A stretch of DNA of 64,000 nucleotides from an uncultured Candidatus Saccharibacteria bacterium (lineage in GTDB: Bacteria > Patescibacteriota > Doudnabacteria > UBA920), in contig CAZQZS010000001.1 in the NCBI GenBank assembly GCA_964597895.1, positions 183,178-247,177 of the forward strand. Direction: 5' to 3'. Both the position numbers and the translations under genes were made by a program. Of this stretch, positions 34,164 to 44,146 are shown one piece after another. The first letter of the stretch is position 1. Each line of letters opens with the position of its first letter. A model generated the notes under the pieces. The model was not told where the DNA came from, searched no databases, and saw only the letters and a list, made by a program, of their open reading frames with translations.

Positions 34164-35966
34164 ATGGCGAAACACTGGCAGCTCAAAAATTCAGTTCCTG
34201 CAAATATTGTGGAGCAATTCCCCGAATTATCTAGTTTGCAGGTCCAATTACTCTATAATTTAGGTTTGTCCGATCCTGATCGGGTAGACTGGTTTTTAAA
34301 TCCGGATTACCACAATTTGTATGATCCGTTTTTATTTAGCCAAATGCAGGCAGCCGTTGACCGCACCTGGGAAGCAATCGCTAAAAACCAAAAAATTCTT
34401 ATTTATGGCGACTATGATGCTGATGCTGTGACTGCGAATGCTCTCTTGACGCAAACATTCCGGTATTTAGGCGTTCAGGTGGAAAGCTATATTCCAGACC
34501 GATTTAGTGAAGGATACGGACTCAATTTAGAGGCCTTTCAAAAAATCAAAGACCAGGGCGTTGAGGTGGTAATTACGGTTGATTGCGGTACTAACTCGGT
34601 TGCCGAAGCTGAATTCTGCAAGCAGAACGGCATTGATTTGATTATTACGGACCACCATGAAATAACCGGTAGTATCCCCGATGCATTTGCTTTGGTTAAT
34701 CCAAAAAATCCCGAGGAGCTTTATCCGGACAAGCAGATTACGGGAGTCGGGGTAGCTTACAAGTTTGCCAAAGCTTTACTGAGCGATCATGATAAGGTTA
34801 TCACCCAGCGCGGCATAGACCCTGCTGAGCATATCCCAGAATGGGATAAGTGGCTACTAGATTTAGTTGCCATTGGTACCGTAGCTGACTGCCATTCCTT
34901 ACTGGGCGAAAACCGTATCTTAGTAAAATTTGGTTTAAAAGTATTACAGAAAACTAAGTGGCTTGGTTTGCGGTTGCTTATGGAAAACGCAGGTATTGAT
35001 GTGAATAAGAAAGTTCCCGATACAGTTACTCTTGGGTTCACTATTGCGCCTCGGATTAATGCTGCCGGACGCTTGGAGCATGCCAATGTCGCCTTGGATT
35101 TATTGACTACATCCGATTATGCCCAGGCAATTGATTTGGCAAATCGTATTGAGGAAATCAATCGTCGCCGGCAAGATATCACGGCGCGCATGGTTTCGGA
35201 AGCCAAAGAAAAAGCCGAGAACATTGCCGACCGAAAGATTTTAGTCTTGTCGGACTCTGCTTGGCCAAAGGGCGTGGTTGGTATAGTTGCTGGAAAGCTG
35301 GCTGATTTTTATCAAAAACCGGTGATTGTTTTGGAGCGAGGCGAAACCGAGAGTACCGGCAGCGCCCGCAGCGCCCGCGGTTTTGATATCGTGGCAGCGC
35401 TTAAAGCTGTCAGTGAACACTTATCCCGTTTTGGCGGTCATAAGGAAGCTGCTGGCTTAACTTTGGCCAATGAGAAGTTTGATGAATTTTACCTTAGCTT
35501 ATTGAAGTATGCCGAGACGCATTGGCCCGAAGAATTGCCCGAAGCGGTGTTGGAGGTTGACGCTGAGCTGGGGGAGGCCGATTTATCCTTTGACCGCTAC
35601 GAGGAGATTGAATCGCTTGAACCTCACGGCGCGGGCAACCCTAAGCCCAAGTTTTTGATTTCCGAATTAACCTTAGCCGGTTTTCGCACTGTTGGCGCCA
35701 CGCAAAGCCATTTGCAGATGCAGCTGATGTGCGGCGAAAAATTGGTGGAGACCATAGGGTTTGGCCTGGGCTTTTGGGCTGGTCAGCTAGAAGTTGGGCA
35801 AAATTTAAACTTAGTGGCCGAACTGATAGTGGATTCATGGAATGGCACCAAAAAATTGAAATTAAGAATTATTGATTTAAAAATCCTCCCCGTAGTAGCG
35901 GCGAGCGAAGAAAGTACGATAGAAGATGAATCAACCAAACAAGTCGAGCAGACGCCTGTTTCTTAG
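34164..35966 (+). CDS. recJ: Single-stranded-DNA-specific exonuclease RecJ
   Basis: DHH motifs (GDYDADAV, DHH) and DHHA1. Confidence 0.9.
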   Translation: MAKHWQLKNSVPANIVEQFPELSSLQVQLLYNLGLSDPDRVDWFLNPDYHNLYDPFLFSQMQAAVDRTWEAIAKNQKILIYGDYDADAVTANALLTQTFRYLGVQVESYIPDRFSEGYGLNLEAFQKIKDQGVEVVITVDCGTNSVAEAEFCKQNGIDLIITDHHEITGSIPDAFALVNPKNPEELYPDKQITGVGVAYKFAKALLSDHDKVITQRGIDPAEHIPEWDKWLLDLVAIGTVADCHSLLGENRILVKFGLKVLQKTKWLGLRLLMENAGIDVNKKVPDTVTLGFTIAPRINAAGRLEHANVALDLLTTSDYAQAIDLANRIEEINRRRQDITARMVSEAKEKAENIADRKILVLSDSAWPKGVVGIVAGKLADFYQKPVIVLERGETESTGSARSARGFDIVAALKAVSEHLSRFGGHKEAAGLTLANEKFDEFYLSLLKYAETHWPEELPEAVLEVDAELGEADLSFDRYEEIESLEPHGAGNPKPKFLISELTLAGFRTVGATQSHLQMQLMCGEKLVETIGFGLGFWAGQLEVGQNLNLVAELIVDSWNGTKKLKLRIIDLKILPVVAASEESTIEDESTKQVEQTPVS

Positions 35967-36360
35967 CACCGACGGCGGCGCGCGTGGAAATCCCGGACCA
36001 TCAGCAGCAGGTTATGTGCTGTATAACGAAGCTGGTGAGATTCAGTTTGCCGCAGGAAAGTACCTAGGCGAAAACACGAATAATTTTGCAGAGTATTCAG
36101 CCTTAATTTTGGGTTTAGAAAAAGCGCTTGAGTTAGGGGCAGATGAAGTGGTTATTAAGATGGATTCGGAATTAATTGTTAAGCAAATGAGCGGGGAGTA
36201 TAAAATTAAACAGCCGCACTTGCAGGAGCTGGCGGCTGAAGTTCAAGCTTTACTGGCAAAGTTCAGTCATTATGAATTCAATCATGTCCTAAGGCATTTA
36301 AACAAAGCTGCAGACGAGCAGGTAAACAAAGCCATAGACCAAGCGCTGGGCTTCAAATAA
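35926..36360 (+). CDS. rnhA: Ribonuclease HI (overlaps recJ 3' end by 41 nt)
   Basis: TDGGARGNPGPSAAG and NNFAEYSAL RNase H motifs. Confidence 0.85.
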   Translation: MNQPNKSSRRLFLSTDGGARGNPGPSAAGYVLYNEAGEIQFAAGKYLGENTNNFAEYSALILGLEKALELGADEVVIKMDSELIVKQMSGEYKIKQPHLQELAAEVQALLAKFSHYEFNHVLRHLNKAADEQVNKAIDQALGFK

Positions 36361-36380
36361 ATCACGCTAAGCGTGATTTA

Positions 36381-37721
36381 TTATTTTTGAATCAGAACTG
36401 AGTAGAGATTGTTTTCTGATCTAATCACCACTGCTTTTTGATTTGCAGTGATGAATATTTGCTGGCTGGGATTAGAAAATAAGTTGTAGCGATTTTGATT
36501 ACCACGGGAGTCAATTTCTACAGCTTCGGTTCCGCTTGGTCCGGCGAGAAAGCCATAACCAAATGACGGGATAACACTGGCGGAGCTGAGGCCTTCAGTG
36601 CTGCGTGCCAACAGTTCGCTGCGGTTTGAACTAAAGTTGTAAAAGTAAATTTCTGTTGGTGTGACATAGCTTAAGCGCTGATTAGCAGGGTCAAAGTCAA
36701 CATACCTGGTAAAGCTATTAAGCAGCTCTAAATTTTGATTGACCCGATAGAAATTTTCTCCAGCCAGCATGAATAACTCTTTTTGGTTAGTGAGATAGAA
36801 TTTGACTGACTGGTTTAATGGTATCCCCTCAGAGATGATGACAAGTTGTTGATTGAGCGCTGTACCAGTCCAATTGTATGTGGCAATTTGTGATACTGTT
36901 TGGTTTTGCGATGCGATATAGAAAAGACCATCCTTGATTGTGTAACCCAAAACTCCAGTGAGTAAAGTTTCTGTTTGAGTATTGCCAAATTTGCCAATAA
37001 TCAGGTTATTGTTCACCAACCCAGACACGGTATTGTTATCTACCAAGGAGAGTTCGGTAGCATCATTAAAAGCACTTGGCAGTAGGGAAGTTTCCCAATT
37101 GGAGGAGTTTAGCAAGTAGCGCTGGTTTGTGTCAGTGTTGACAAACCATAAATTTTTATTGTTTGTCTCTTCAAGTCGGGTGATTGTGAAGGGTAGTGTA
37201 GTCTGCCTGGAAGTTGTATTATCAATTACGTCGTAGAGTAAGATTTGACGACCTTTAGTGTATAGAATCTGATTGTCTACAATGGTGAAAGTTTCGACTC
37301 CGGAGTCTATGGCCATCGGCTCCGTTTCTGGCAGTAACCTAATCGCATCGTTAATGTTGCCTGCATATGTAACTTCACCTGCTTCAATAAACAGCTGTTT
37401 TTGCCAAGGCCGAAAGCCTTCCAGACGAACTTGCACCTGATGCCAACCTTGTTTTACAAATCTGACTGTGGCTGGAGTAGAGCCAATTTCTTCGCCATCT
37501 AACAGCACAGTGGCTCCGTTTGGTTCCGACTGGACGTCAATAATCCCGGTATTAGTTGGTAGGGGATCAAAAAAAGGCAGTGTTCGGCCGGTGACGTACA
37601 TCAAAATCAGGGGTGATAAAATCACAAACACGGCGACTAATAACGCAATGATTAAATATCTGGTAGTTGAATCCAAGTTGAAAAGGGTTAATAGTTGAAA
37701 TGAAGCTCCACAGAGCTCCAA
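36381..37721 (-). CDS. Membrane-anchored PEGA-domain protein with beta-rich C-terminal region (TTG start)
   Basis: TM helix then IDVQSEPNGATVLLDGEEIGSTP (PEGA). Confidence 0.65.
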   Translation of the reverse strand: MELCGASFQLLTLFNLDSTTRYLIIALLVAVFVILSPLILMYVTGRTLPFFDPLPTNTGIIDVQSEPNGATVLLDGEEIGSTPATVRFVKQGWHQVQVRLEGFRPWQKQLFIEAGEVTYAGNINDAIRLLPETEPMAIDSGVETFTIVDNQILYTKGRQILLYDVIDNTTSRQTTLPFTITRLEETNNKNLWFVNTDTNQRYLLNSSNWETSLLPSAFNDATELSLVDNNTVSGLVNNNLIIGKFGNTQTETLLTGVLGYTIKDGLFYIASQNQTVSQIATYNWTGTALNQQLVIISEGIPLNQSVKFYLTNQKELFMLAGENFYRVNQNLELLNSFTRYVDFDPANQRLSYVTPTEIYFYNFSSNRSELLARSTEGLSSASVIPSFGYGFLAGPSGTEAVEIDSRGNQNRYNLFSNPSQQIFITANQKAVVIRSENNLYSVLIQK

Positions 37722-37800
37722 ACATATACATTATATCAGAATTTGTCGAGTGTCGAGACCTAGACTGCAGTCTTAAGAATGGCTACAATTGGGAGGTCAT

Positions 37801-39078
37801 ATGCACTCCAAAGAAGATAAATTTTTAATAACTGGCAACCAGCCTCTGGGTGGTGAAATCAAGGTGGTGGGGGCAAAAAATGCGAGCCTTAAAGCTTTGG
37901 CTGCCAGCTTGATATTGGACGGCCCAAGCGTCATTAAAAATGTTCCTCACATTGAAGACATCCAAAGGCTTTTGGATATTATTGTTGATCTGGGTGTGCA
38001 AATTCGGCAAGAAGGTCATCAGATTACTATCACCAATCCAATTATTGCCAAATCCACGCTAGATCCGACTTTGCACCAGCGAACACGTTCTTCCATTCTT
38101 CTGGCTGTGCCAACCTTGCTCCAGCATGGCGAAGTAGAGTTTGCCTATCCAGGCGGCTGTGTGATTGGTAAGCGCCCGATTGATTTTTTTCTAAATGGCT
38201 ACAGGCAATTTGGGATCAACATAGAAGAACGGGGTGATGGCTTTTTGCTGCGAGCCAACAAACTCAATCCTGCCCGAGTGGTGTTTACACGCGTAAGCGT
38301 TACTGGTACCGAAGCCATGATGATGCTGGCTGCCAGAGTGCCAGGCCAGAGCGTAATTGTTAACGCAGCAATGGAGCCCGAAGTAGTGGCGTTAGGGGAA
38401 TTTCTAAATAACTGCGGCGCCAACATTTCTGGCCTCGGTACACCCCGTATCATTATTGAAGGAGTAGACCGGCTTGAGGGCGGAATTTTTATCACCCCGC
38501 CGGATAGAATCGAGGCTGGCACGTTTAGCATTCTCGCTGCTGCGGCCAATGCGGAACTGCTGGTAAGTAATATTGAACCCAATCATTTAGAAGTGTTTTG
38601 GCAGCTGCTGCGGCAGGCTGGTGTTGAGTTTGAACTAGGCGCTAATAATGTTAAGATAAGTCCATCGCGCCATCGGCTTAAAGCCATTCCTAAAGACATA
38701 ATCACGCATGAATATCCAGGTTTTCCTACAGATTTACAGGCGCCGATGGCGGTATTGATGACTCAGGCGAAAGGTCAGTCTTTAATTTTTGAGACGATTT
38801 ATGAAGGTCGGTTGTTTTATGTTGATTTGCTTAATAGTATGGGCGCAAACATCTTTATGGCCGACCCCCATCGAGTGATGATTAATGGTCCAAGTCAATT
38901 GACTGGCGCAAAACTTACTTCGCCAGACATACGCGCTGGTATTGCGATGGTTATCGCCGGACTTATTGCCGAAGGTCAGACTGAGATTGATAATATCTAC
39001 CAAATCGATCGTGGTTATGAAAACATTGAAAATCGCTTGAAAGCTATTGGCGCCCAGATAGAACGCATAAAAAATTAA
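37801..39078 (+). CDS. murA: UDP-N-acetylglucosamine 1-carboxyvinyltransferase (alt. TTG start 37789)
   Basis: EPT fold; GGGAGG SD before ATG at 37801. Confidence 0.9.
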   Translation: MHSKEDKFLITGNQPLGGEIKVVGAKNASLKALAASLILDGPSVIKNVPHIEDIQRLLDIIVDLGVQIRQEGHQITITNPIIAKSTLDPTLHQRTRSSILLAVPTLLQHGEVEFAYPGGCVIGKRPIDFFLNGYRQFGINIEERGDGFLLRANKLNPARVVFTRVSVTGTEAMMMLAARVPGQSVIVNAAMEPEVVALGEFLNNCGANISGLGTPRIIIEGVDRLEGGIFITPPDRIEAGTFSILAAAANAELLVSNIEPNHLEVFWQLLRQAGVEFELGANNVKISPSRHRLKAIPKDIITHEYPGFPTDLQAPMAVLMTQAKGQSLIFETIYEGRLFYVDLLNSMGANIFMADPHRVMINGPSQLTGAKLTSPDIRAGIAMVIAGLIAEGQTEIDNIYQIDRGYENIENRLKAIGAQIERIKN

Positions 39079-39099
39079 ATGATCGTATTCCATTTACCA

Positions 39100-39200
39100 C
39101 TACCCACTTCGGAGGTAGTAAGCTAGCGCCAGACCGCCAAAGCCTAACGTGAGTTAGGCGAAAGGCGGGCGAGAGCGCTGCCGAAGAAGTGGGTGGCTAA
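39100..39200 (+). other. ~100-nt rod-like structured leader ending ~8 nt before the mreB ATG
   Basis: cccacttcgg/ccgaag(aag)tggg outer stem; gcgc/gcgc, ccgcc/ggcgg inner stems; apical gcctaac-GTGA-gttaggc. Confidence 0.5.
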
Positions 39201-39207
39201 AAGAATT

Positions 39208-40215
39208 ATGTTACAGAACAAAATTGGAATTGATTTAGGAACAGCTAATGTATTAGTGCACGTGCCCAAGCGCGGCATTATTATCAACGAACCAACAGTG
39301 GTGGCCATCTCGGTAGATGACAACCGCGTTTTGGCCGTTGGTCAGGAAGCCAAAGAAATGCTGGGGCGCACCCCCGAAACTATTGTGGCGCACCGGCCTA
39401 TGAAGGACGGGGTGATCGCTGATTACAGGGTCACCGAAGCTATGATTCGCTACTTTATTAATAAAGCCTTGGGGAAAGTCCGCTTTTTTCGTCCGGAAGT
39501 CATGATTAGCGTGCCGGGAGGAATTACTTCTACCGAGCGTCGCGCTGTGATTGACGCCGCGCAAAGTGCTGGTGCTAAAACCGCTTTTGTTATTAAAGAA
39601 ACCGTTGCGGCTGCTATTGGTGCTGGGATTCCGATTTCTTCGGCCAGCGGGAATTTGATTATAGACATGGGCGGGGGCACTACTGATGTAGCCGTGCTGT
39701 CGCTCGGTGGCATAGTAAATTCAACTTCTGTGCGCGTGGCTGGTAACCGTATCGACCAAGCCATCATTGAATATGTTCGCAAAAAGCACGGTCTGGCAAT
39801 CGGAGATCGCACGGCAGAAGAAATTAAAATTTCCATTGGTAGCGCTATGGCTTTACCGGAAGAAGAAGTCGCGGAAATCAAAGGACGCGACAATATTACT
39901 GGTCTTCCTAAAACCGTGACGATTTCTACTAACGAAGTTGTAGAAGCCATTCAGGAAGAATTAAAAGCTATTGTTCGTGCTGTGAAAACTGTACTTCAGG
40001 AAACGCCGCCGGAACTCGCCAGCGATATTATCGATAAAGGTATGATTATGACCGGTGGTACTGCCCAGCTTCGCAACTTGGATCAGTACATTGCAAAAGC
40101 CATTGGCGTGCCATGTTACGTGGCCGAAGAGCCGCTGCTTTGCGTAGCTAAAGGTACAGCGATTGCGCTGGATCACTTGGACAGTTATAAGAAGAGCATA
40201 CTTAGTATCAAATAA
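39208..40215 (+). CDS. mreB: Rod-shape-determining protein MreB (track GTG 39193 start lies inside the structured leader)
   Basis: IGIDLGTANVLV actin-fold phosphate-1 motif. Confidence 0.9.
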   Translation: MLQNKIGIDLGTANVLVHVPKRGIIINEPTVVAISVDDNRVLAVGQEAKEMLGRTPETIVAHRPMKDGVIADYRVTEAMIRYFINKALGKVRFFRPEVMISVPGGITSTERRAVIDAAQSAGAKTAFVIKETVAAAIGAGIPISSASGNLIIDMGGGTTDVAVLSLGGIVNSTSVRVAGNRIDQAIIEYVRKKHGLAIGDRTAEEIKISIGSAMALPEEEVAEIKGRDNITGLPKTVTISTNEVVEAIQEELKAIVRAVKTVLQETPPELASDIIDKGMIMTGGTAQLRNLDQYIAKAIGVPCYVAEEPLLCVAKGTAIALDHLDSYKKSILSIK

Positions 40216-40218
40216 AAA

Positions 40219-40245
40219 CAGACGACCCGAGGGTCGTCTTTTGAT
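40219..40245 (+). terminator. Bidirectional rho-independent terminator between convergent mreB and minus-strand gene
   Basis: agacgaccc-ga-gggtcgtct then tttt. Confidence 0.8.
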
Positions 40246-40716
40246 TCAGAAACAGCCTTGTCGCTGGGACAGCAGTTCTGTGGCTAGTGTGTCGTAGATT
40301 TTGCTGAACAACTGTTCTGGCTCACTGAGTAAAGTCTCGTCGATTGCGCCTAGACCCCGATCGCTGGAATGAACAAATTGCTGTTTAGCTTTTTTGATTT
40401 GGGCGTGGTACGCGCCGATACGATCAGAGAATCCTTTCTGGTAGATTTCGAATGGTTTGAACCAGTCAAGTTCGACCATCGCTTTCTGACAAAGCTCAAG
40501 CTGTGATCGGGTATCTCGGTCGGAAACCAAGTACTGCTTGGTCGCTTGGTGAACTTTACCGAGAAAGTCTAGGGCATTATCCAACGCGTCTAGATTGCGC
40601 TGGAACCGTTCTTTGTCGTCCCAGGCTTTTCGGGAGAAGGCAAAGTTAACACTAGCGATCAGGGCTTGTTGCGCGGAATTGCGCAAGTTATCAACTCCAC
40701 CACTGCAACTAATCAT
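40246..40716 (-). CDS. Hypothetical protein (156 aa)
   Basis: ORF ending at terminator. Confidence 0.5.
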   Translation of the reverse strand: MISCSGGVDNLRNSAQQALIASVNFAFSRKAWDDKERFQRNLDALDNALDFLGKVHQATKQYLVSDRDTRSQLELCQKAMVELDWFKPFEIYQKGFSDRIGAYHAQIKKAKQQFVHSSDRGLGAIDETLLSEPEQLFSKIYDTLATELLSQRQGCF

Positions 40717-40841
40717 TGAATTGTTCCTCCTATATTAGGCTCAGTTTAACACTTAGCTTTCTGGTGTACAAATTTGGTGGTTTGGCCGAAATAGGGTATA
40801 ATGTATTTAATATAAGTCAGTTAGAAATAAACACCAAATCA

Positions 40842-41408
40842 ATGGAGATTACGCGCAGAAAAGCGCTTTACTTATTCTTGAGTTCATTGCTCGGAATGAT
40901 CCTGGTGCTGATGTTTCATCGCTCGGTTTTTGTGATTTACGAGATTCTTGGCGACTTCTTTCCACGGCAGCAATGGCTCAATTTGCCCTATTACCACATT
41001 GCTGTTGCAGATTTTTTGACTATGCTGTTAGCCATGTTTATCGGTGGCTGGTATGGAATTTGGTTGGGACTTCACTGGTATAAGTTGGTGTACGAAGATC
41101 GGCGGGTTCGGTCTTGGTTTCATGGTTTTGTGCCTCATACTTGGCGTTCTCATAAAGTAAAGGATAATCCTAGCCAAACCGCTGCGACTGGCATGCCACG
41201 CAAGATTGTGGCCACTTCTAATTCTGATTCAGATGATGTGTTTCAAACTATGCGCGCGACTGGCATTAAACCTGTGTGGAGTTTTGAAGATTTCAAAAAG
41301 GTTGAAACAAACGAGACTCCCAAAAAGCGCGTAGCGAGAAAGCGTACTGTCAAAAAGCGTGTAGTTAAAAAGACTGCTAAGAAAACCGCTGAGCCAGAAG
41401 CTGAGTAA
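40842..41408 (+). CDS. Membrane protein with K/R-rich DNA-binding-like tail (KKRVARKRTVKKRVVKKTAKK)
   Basis: Start after TATAAT at 40799; track ORF 40716 is an extension. Confidence 0.5.
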   Translation: MEITRRKALYLFLSSLLGMILVLMFHRSVFVIYEILGDFFPRQQWLNLPYYHIAVADFLTMLLAMFIGGWYGIWLGLHWYKLVYEDRRVRSWFHGFVPHTWRSHKVKDNPSQTAATGMPRKIVATSNSDSDDVFQTMRATGIKPVWSFEDFKKVETNETPKKRVARKRTVKKRVVKKTAKKTAEPEAE

Positions 41409-41511
41409 TTATGATCTATTCGCGGATCTGGTTTTCCCAGGCCGAGAATCTCCAAGGAAGGGTGAGCTGTTGAGAGAAACACTTTTCAGGTCTCTTTCTT
41501 AATATTTTTTT

Positions 41512-41883
41512 ATGACTCCTGGTCAACTCATTTCCAAAACAGTACTCATGCAGCTATTTTTGGTGATCATCAAGATCATCTTTTTTGGTTTCTTAAACAT
41601 TGAGTTGTTATCAATTCTTATAGTCTATTATCTGCTTTTGGCAGCTTGTGCCATCGCTTTGGTTCGTCGCTTCGGCCCGCTTAATTACTTTGAGGCATTT
41701 CTGGCCATGGGGTTATGGTTAATACTCAGTTTAGTAATGGATTACTTAATTACAGCTTCCATTATCGGCAGGGAAGTGTTCAGTGATTATCATTTTTGGA
41801 TTTCATACGCCGTAGTACTCTTGGCTATACTGATCTTTCACAAAAAACAGCATGTGGAAATGCGCAAAGCTTTAAAGAAGTGA
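41512..41883 (+). CDS. Hypothetical polytopic membrane protein (123 aa)
   Basis: 4 hydrophobic helices. Confidence 0.5.
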   Translation: MTPGQLISKTVLMQLFLVIIKIIFFGFLNIELLSILIVYYLLLAACAIALVRRFGPLNYFEAFLAMGLWLILSLVMDYLITASIIGREVFSDYHFWISYAVVLLAILIFHKKQHVEMRKALKK

Positions 41884-41890
41884 TTAGATA

Positions 41891-41917
41891 AAACCGCTGA
41901 CTAAAGCGGTTTTTTTA
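41891..41917 (+). terminator. Rho-independent terminator
   Basis: aaaccgct-gactaa-agcggttt then ttttt. Confidence 0.85.
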
Positions 41918-41957
41918 AATAATTGCATTTAGGTGAACAATCGTATACCATAATGGT

Positions 41958-43292
41958 ATGCAACCTATAATTGCGCATATAGATATGAATTCGTATTTTG
42001 CCACGTGCGAACAGCAGGATAATCCGTCGTGGCGTGGCAAGCCGATCGGGGTGTGTGAACATCTTGGCGGGATTATTATTGCAGCCAGTATAGAGGCAAA
42101 ACGTTGGGGAATTAAGACCGGCACGCCGGTTTGGGAAGCGCGCAAGTTGTATCCGCAGGTTATTCTGACTAAAACTAATCCAGACCGTTATCGGTTCTAT
42201 ACTGCGCGGTTTTTAAAAGTGTTCGCAGATTATACCGACCGTATAGAAAAGTACAGCATAGACGAGGCGTTTTTGGATTTAAGCAAGGCTTGCAATATTC
42301 GTGTACCTGTTTATAGAAATTCCTCCCCCTCAAGAGGGGGAGGAGTCACTTATGAATATGTAGATCCGTGGGAAGAAGCACGGCGCATAATTTTAGAGAT
42401 CAAGCAGCGCATGATTACCGAGGTCGGGGATTGGATTACCTGCAGTGCCGGTATATCTTACAGCAAGCTGGTGGCTAAGATTGCTTCAGATTTGCAAAAA
42501 CCAAACGGGCTGGTGATTGTCAGGCCCGAAGACAAAGATGTGTTATATGGTCGGCTGTCGTTAATAGACATTCCTGGAATCGGCAAGCGTCAAGAACGCA
42601 ATTTAAACAAGCTCGGTATCTTTACTCTAAAGGAGCTGCGCGATTATCCGCTCAGCAAGTTAGTGACGCATTTCGGCATTGGCGGTTATCATTTGTATAG
42701 CATGGGCCAGTTGGAAGGAAGCTGGAAGGAAAGTTTTGACGAAGAGGTGGTGGCGTCGCCCGTGAAGTCTATGGGACACATGTACACAGTGCCAATTGAG
42801 TATCGCAAAAAGAATGTGATGCGGCCTGTGCTGTATAAGCTGTCGGAGATGGTGGCTGCGCGTTTGCGCGTGAATGGTTTGATGGGTAATCAAATTTATG
42901 CGCATGCTTACAATGGTAATGAGGTTCATGTTGGTCGTGGTGCTAAGATTGGCTATTATGTACAGGACGGCCGTGATATTTATCTGGAAGCGCTGACTTT
43001 ACTACGTAGTACCGCGAGTTTGCAAGAGTTAGAGACCAATACTTATTTTGTTGGGGTAACAGTGGGCGGGTTGATGCCGTACTCCCCGCAAGCCAGCTTG
43101 TTTGAAGATAAGCCTCGGCGTGAACGCTTGGCGGCAGCTTTGGACAAGATTAATCAAAAGTATACTGACTTTACCATCGCACGGGTCCCGGCGTTTTTGG
43201 CTCGCGATATTATTCGCGATAGCGTGGGCTTTGGTCGGATGAAGGAATTCAAAACAACTTTCATGCGTGGTGGTCGGGGGCGGTTTCAGTAA
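41958..43292 (+). CDS. dinB: DNA polymerase IV (Y-family)
   Basis: IAHIDMNSYFATCEQ, SIDEAFLD motifs. Confidence 0.88.
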   Translation: MQPIIAHIDMNSYFATCEQQDNPSWRGKPIGVCEHLGGIIIAASIEAKRWGIKTGTPVWEARKLYPQVILTKTNPDRYRFYTARFLKVFADYTDRIEKYSIDEAFLDLSKACNIRVPVYRNSSPSRGGGVTYEYVDPWEEARRIILEIKQRMITEVGDWITCSAGISYSKLVAKIASDLQKPNGLVIVRPEDKDVLYGRLSLIDIPGIGKRQERNLNKLGIFTLKELRDYPLSKLVTHFGIGGYHLYSMGQLEGSWKESFDEEVVASPVKSMGHMYTVPIEYRKKNVMRPVLYKLSEMVAARLRVNGLMGNQIYAHAYNGNEVHVGRGAKIGYYVQDGRDIYLEALTLLRSTASLQELETNTYFVGVTVGGLMPYSPQASLFEDKPRRERLAAALDKINQKYTDFTIARVPAFLARDIIRDSVGFGRMKEFKTTFMRGGRGRFQ

Positions 43293-43326
43293 ATATGGTA
43301 TGATTAAGCCAAAGGGGGAAAATAAT

Positions 43327-43524
43327 ATGGAGGTCAGACCAAAATTTAGTTTAGAAGAGTTGGATGGAATGATGCACGATGCTCAGAAGATGAGCATAGA
43401 CGAATTCAGAGAAAAGTATCAGGATAAGATAGAGTTAATTCCAGACGACACATTGGCAACTATTGATCTAAAAGTAAAGAAAGGGTCTAAAAAGGTTGCA
43501 TTGAATTTAGTGGGTCAAAGCTAA
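43327..43524 (+). CDS. Small protein, paralogue 1 of cassette (65 aa)
   Basis: SD aaggggg; LEELDGMMHDAQKMSIDEFREKY paralogous to next ORF. Confidence 0.6.
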   Translation: MEVRPKFSLEELDGMMHDAQKMSIDEFREKYQDKIELIPDDTLATIDLKVKKGSKKVALNLVGQS

Positions 43525-43536
43525 AAGGAGGCTATT

Positions 43537-43854
43537 ATGTTGTTTAAAGAAGATGGTTCTACAGTGAATCTTTCAAGTCTCAAATCGAAAGTGACTCGTG
43601 AAGAGCTAAAGCAATTGTTTGCTGACGCTGATGTTATGAGCAGGGAAGAGTTTGCGGCAAAGTATAACTCGTGGATTGAATCGGGTAAGTTGGATCTGGG
43701 AGAAGCAGTTCGAATAATGATGGGTGAATTAAGTGATAATTACTTATTTTCAACCCCCGATAGTGAATTAACACCTTTTCAACAGCGAATCAAGCAAATC
43801 AGGTCAACCGAAAGACTGACTAGCAAAGATTTAAATTTGACTATCAATTGTTAG
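43537..43854 (+). CDS. Small protein, paralogue 2 of cassette (105 aa)
   Basis: SD aaaggagg; REELKQLFADADVMSREEFAAKY. Confidence 0.6.
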   Translation: MLFKEDGSTVNLSSLKSKVTREELKQLFADADVMSREEFAAKYNSWIESGKLDLGEAVRIMMGELSDNYLFSTPDSELTPFQQRIKQIRSTERLTSKDLNLTINC

Positions 43855-43934
43855 TTTAGGCAATTTAGAGTTCATTGGAGGTTTTCTAAAAAGTCTATCG
43901 TGCTTTTGCGAAGTGGTGAACAAAGGAGGATGTA

Positions 43935-44129
43935 ATGAGAGAAGAACAGAAGTCCGAACGCAAGTCTATTCAAGTTAATGGCGACTTAACACCAGAAGCG
44001 GCAGCAATCGCCAATCCGCAATTCGCGGCCGCTCAAAAAGCAGCACAACCGATGTATAAACGCATCGAAGAATCTCGTCGTCTCAGCGGAGAAGACATGG
44101 CTTGGACCGCGAATACTTTGCCGGATTAG
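43935..44129 (+). CDS. Small hypothetical protein (64 aa)
   Basis: SD aaaggagg. Confidence 0.5.
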   Translation: MREEQKSERKSIQVNGDLTPEAAAIANPQFAAAQKAAQPMYKRIEESRRLSGEDMAWTANTLPD

Positions 44130-44146
44130 AAAATTAGGGGGGTAGC

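Noticed and set aside
39100-39200. Possibility that the mreB-upstream rod-like RNA is SRP (4.5S) RNA
   Set aside because: Rod shape and GNRA apex fit, but the conserved domain-IV internal-loop motifs (AGCA / GGAA-G) are not present; kept as unclassified structured RNA.
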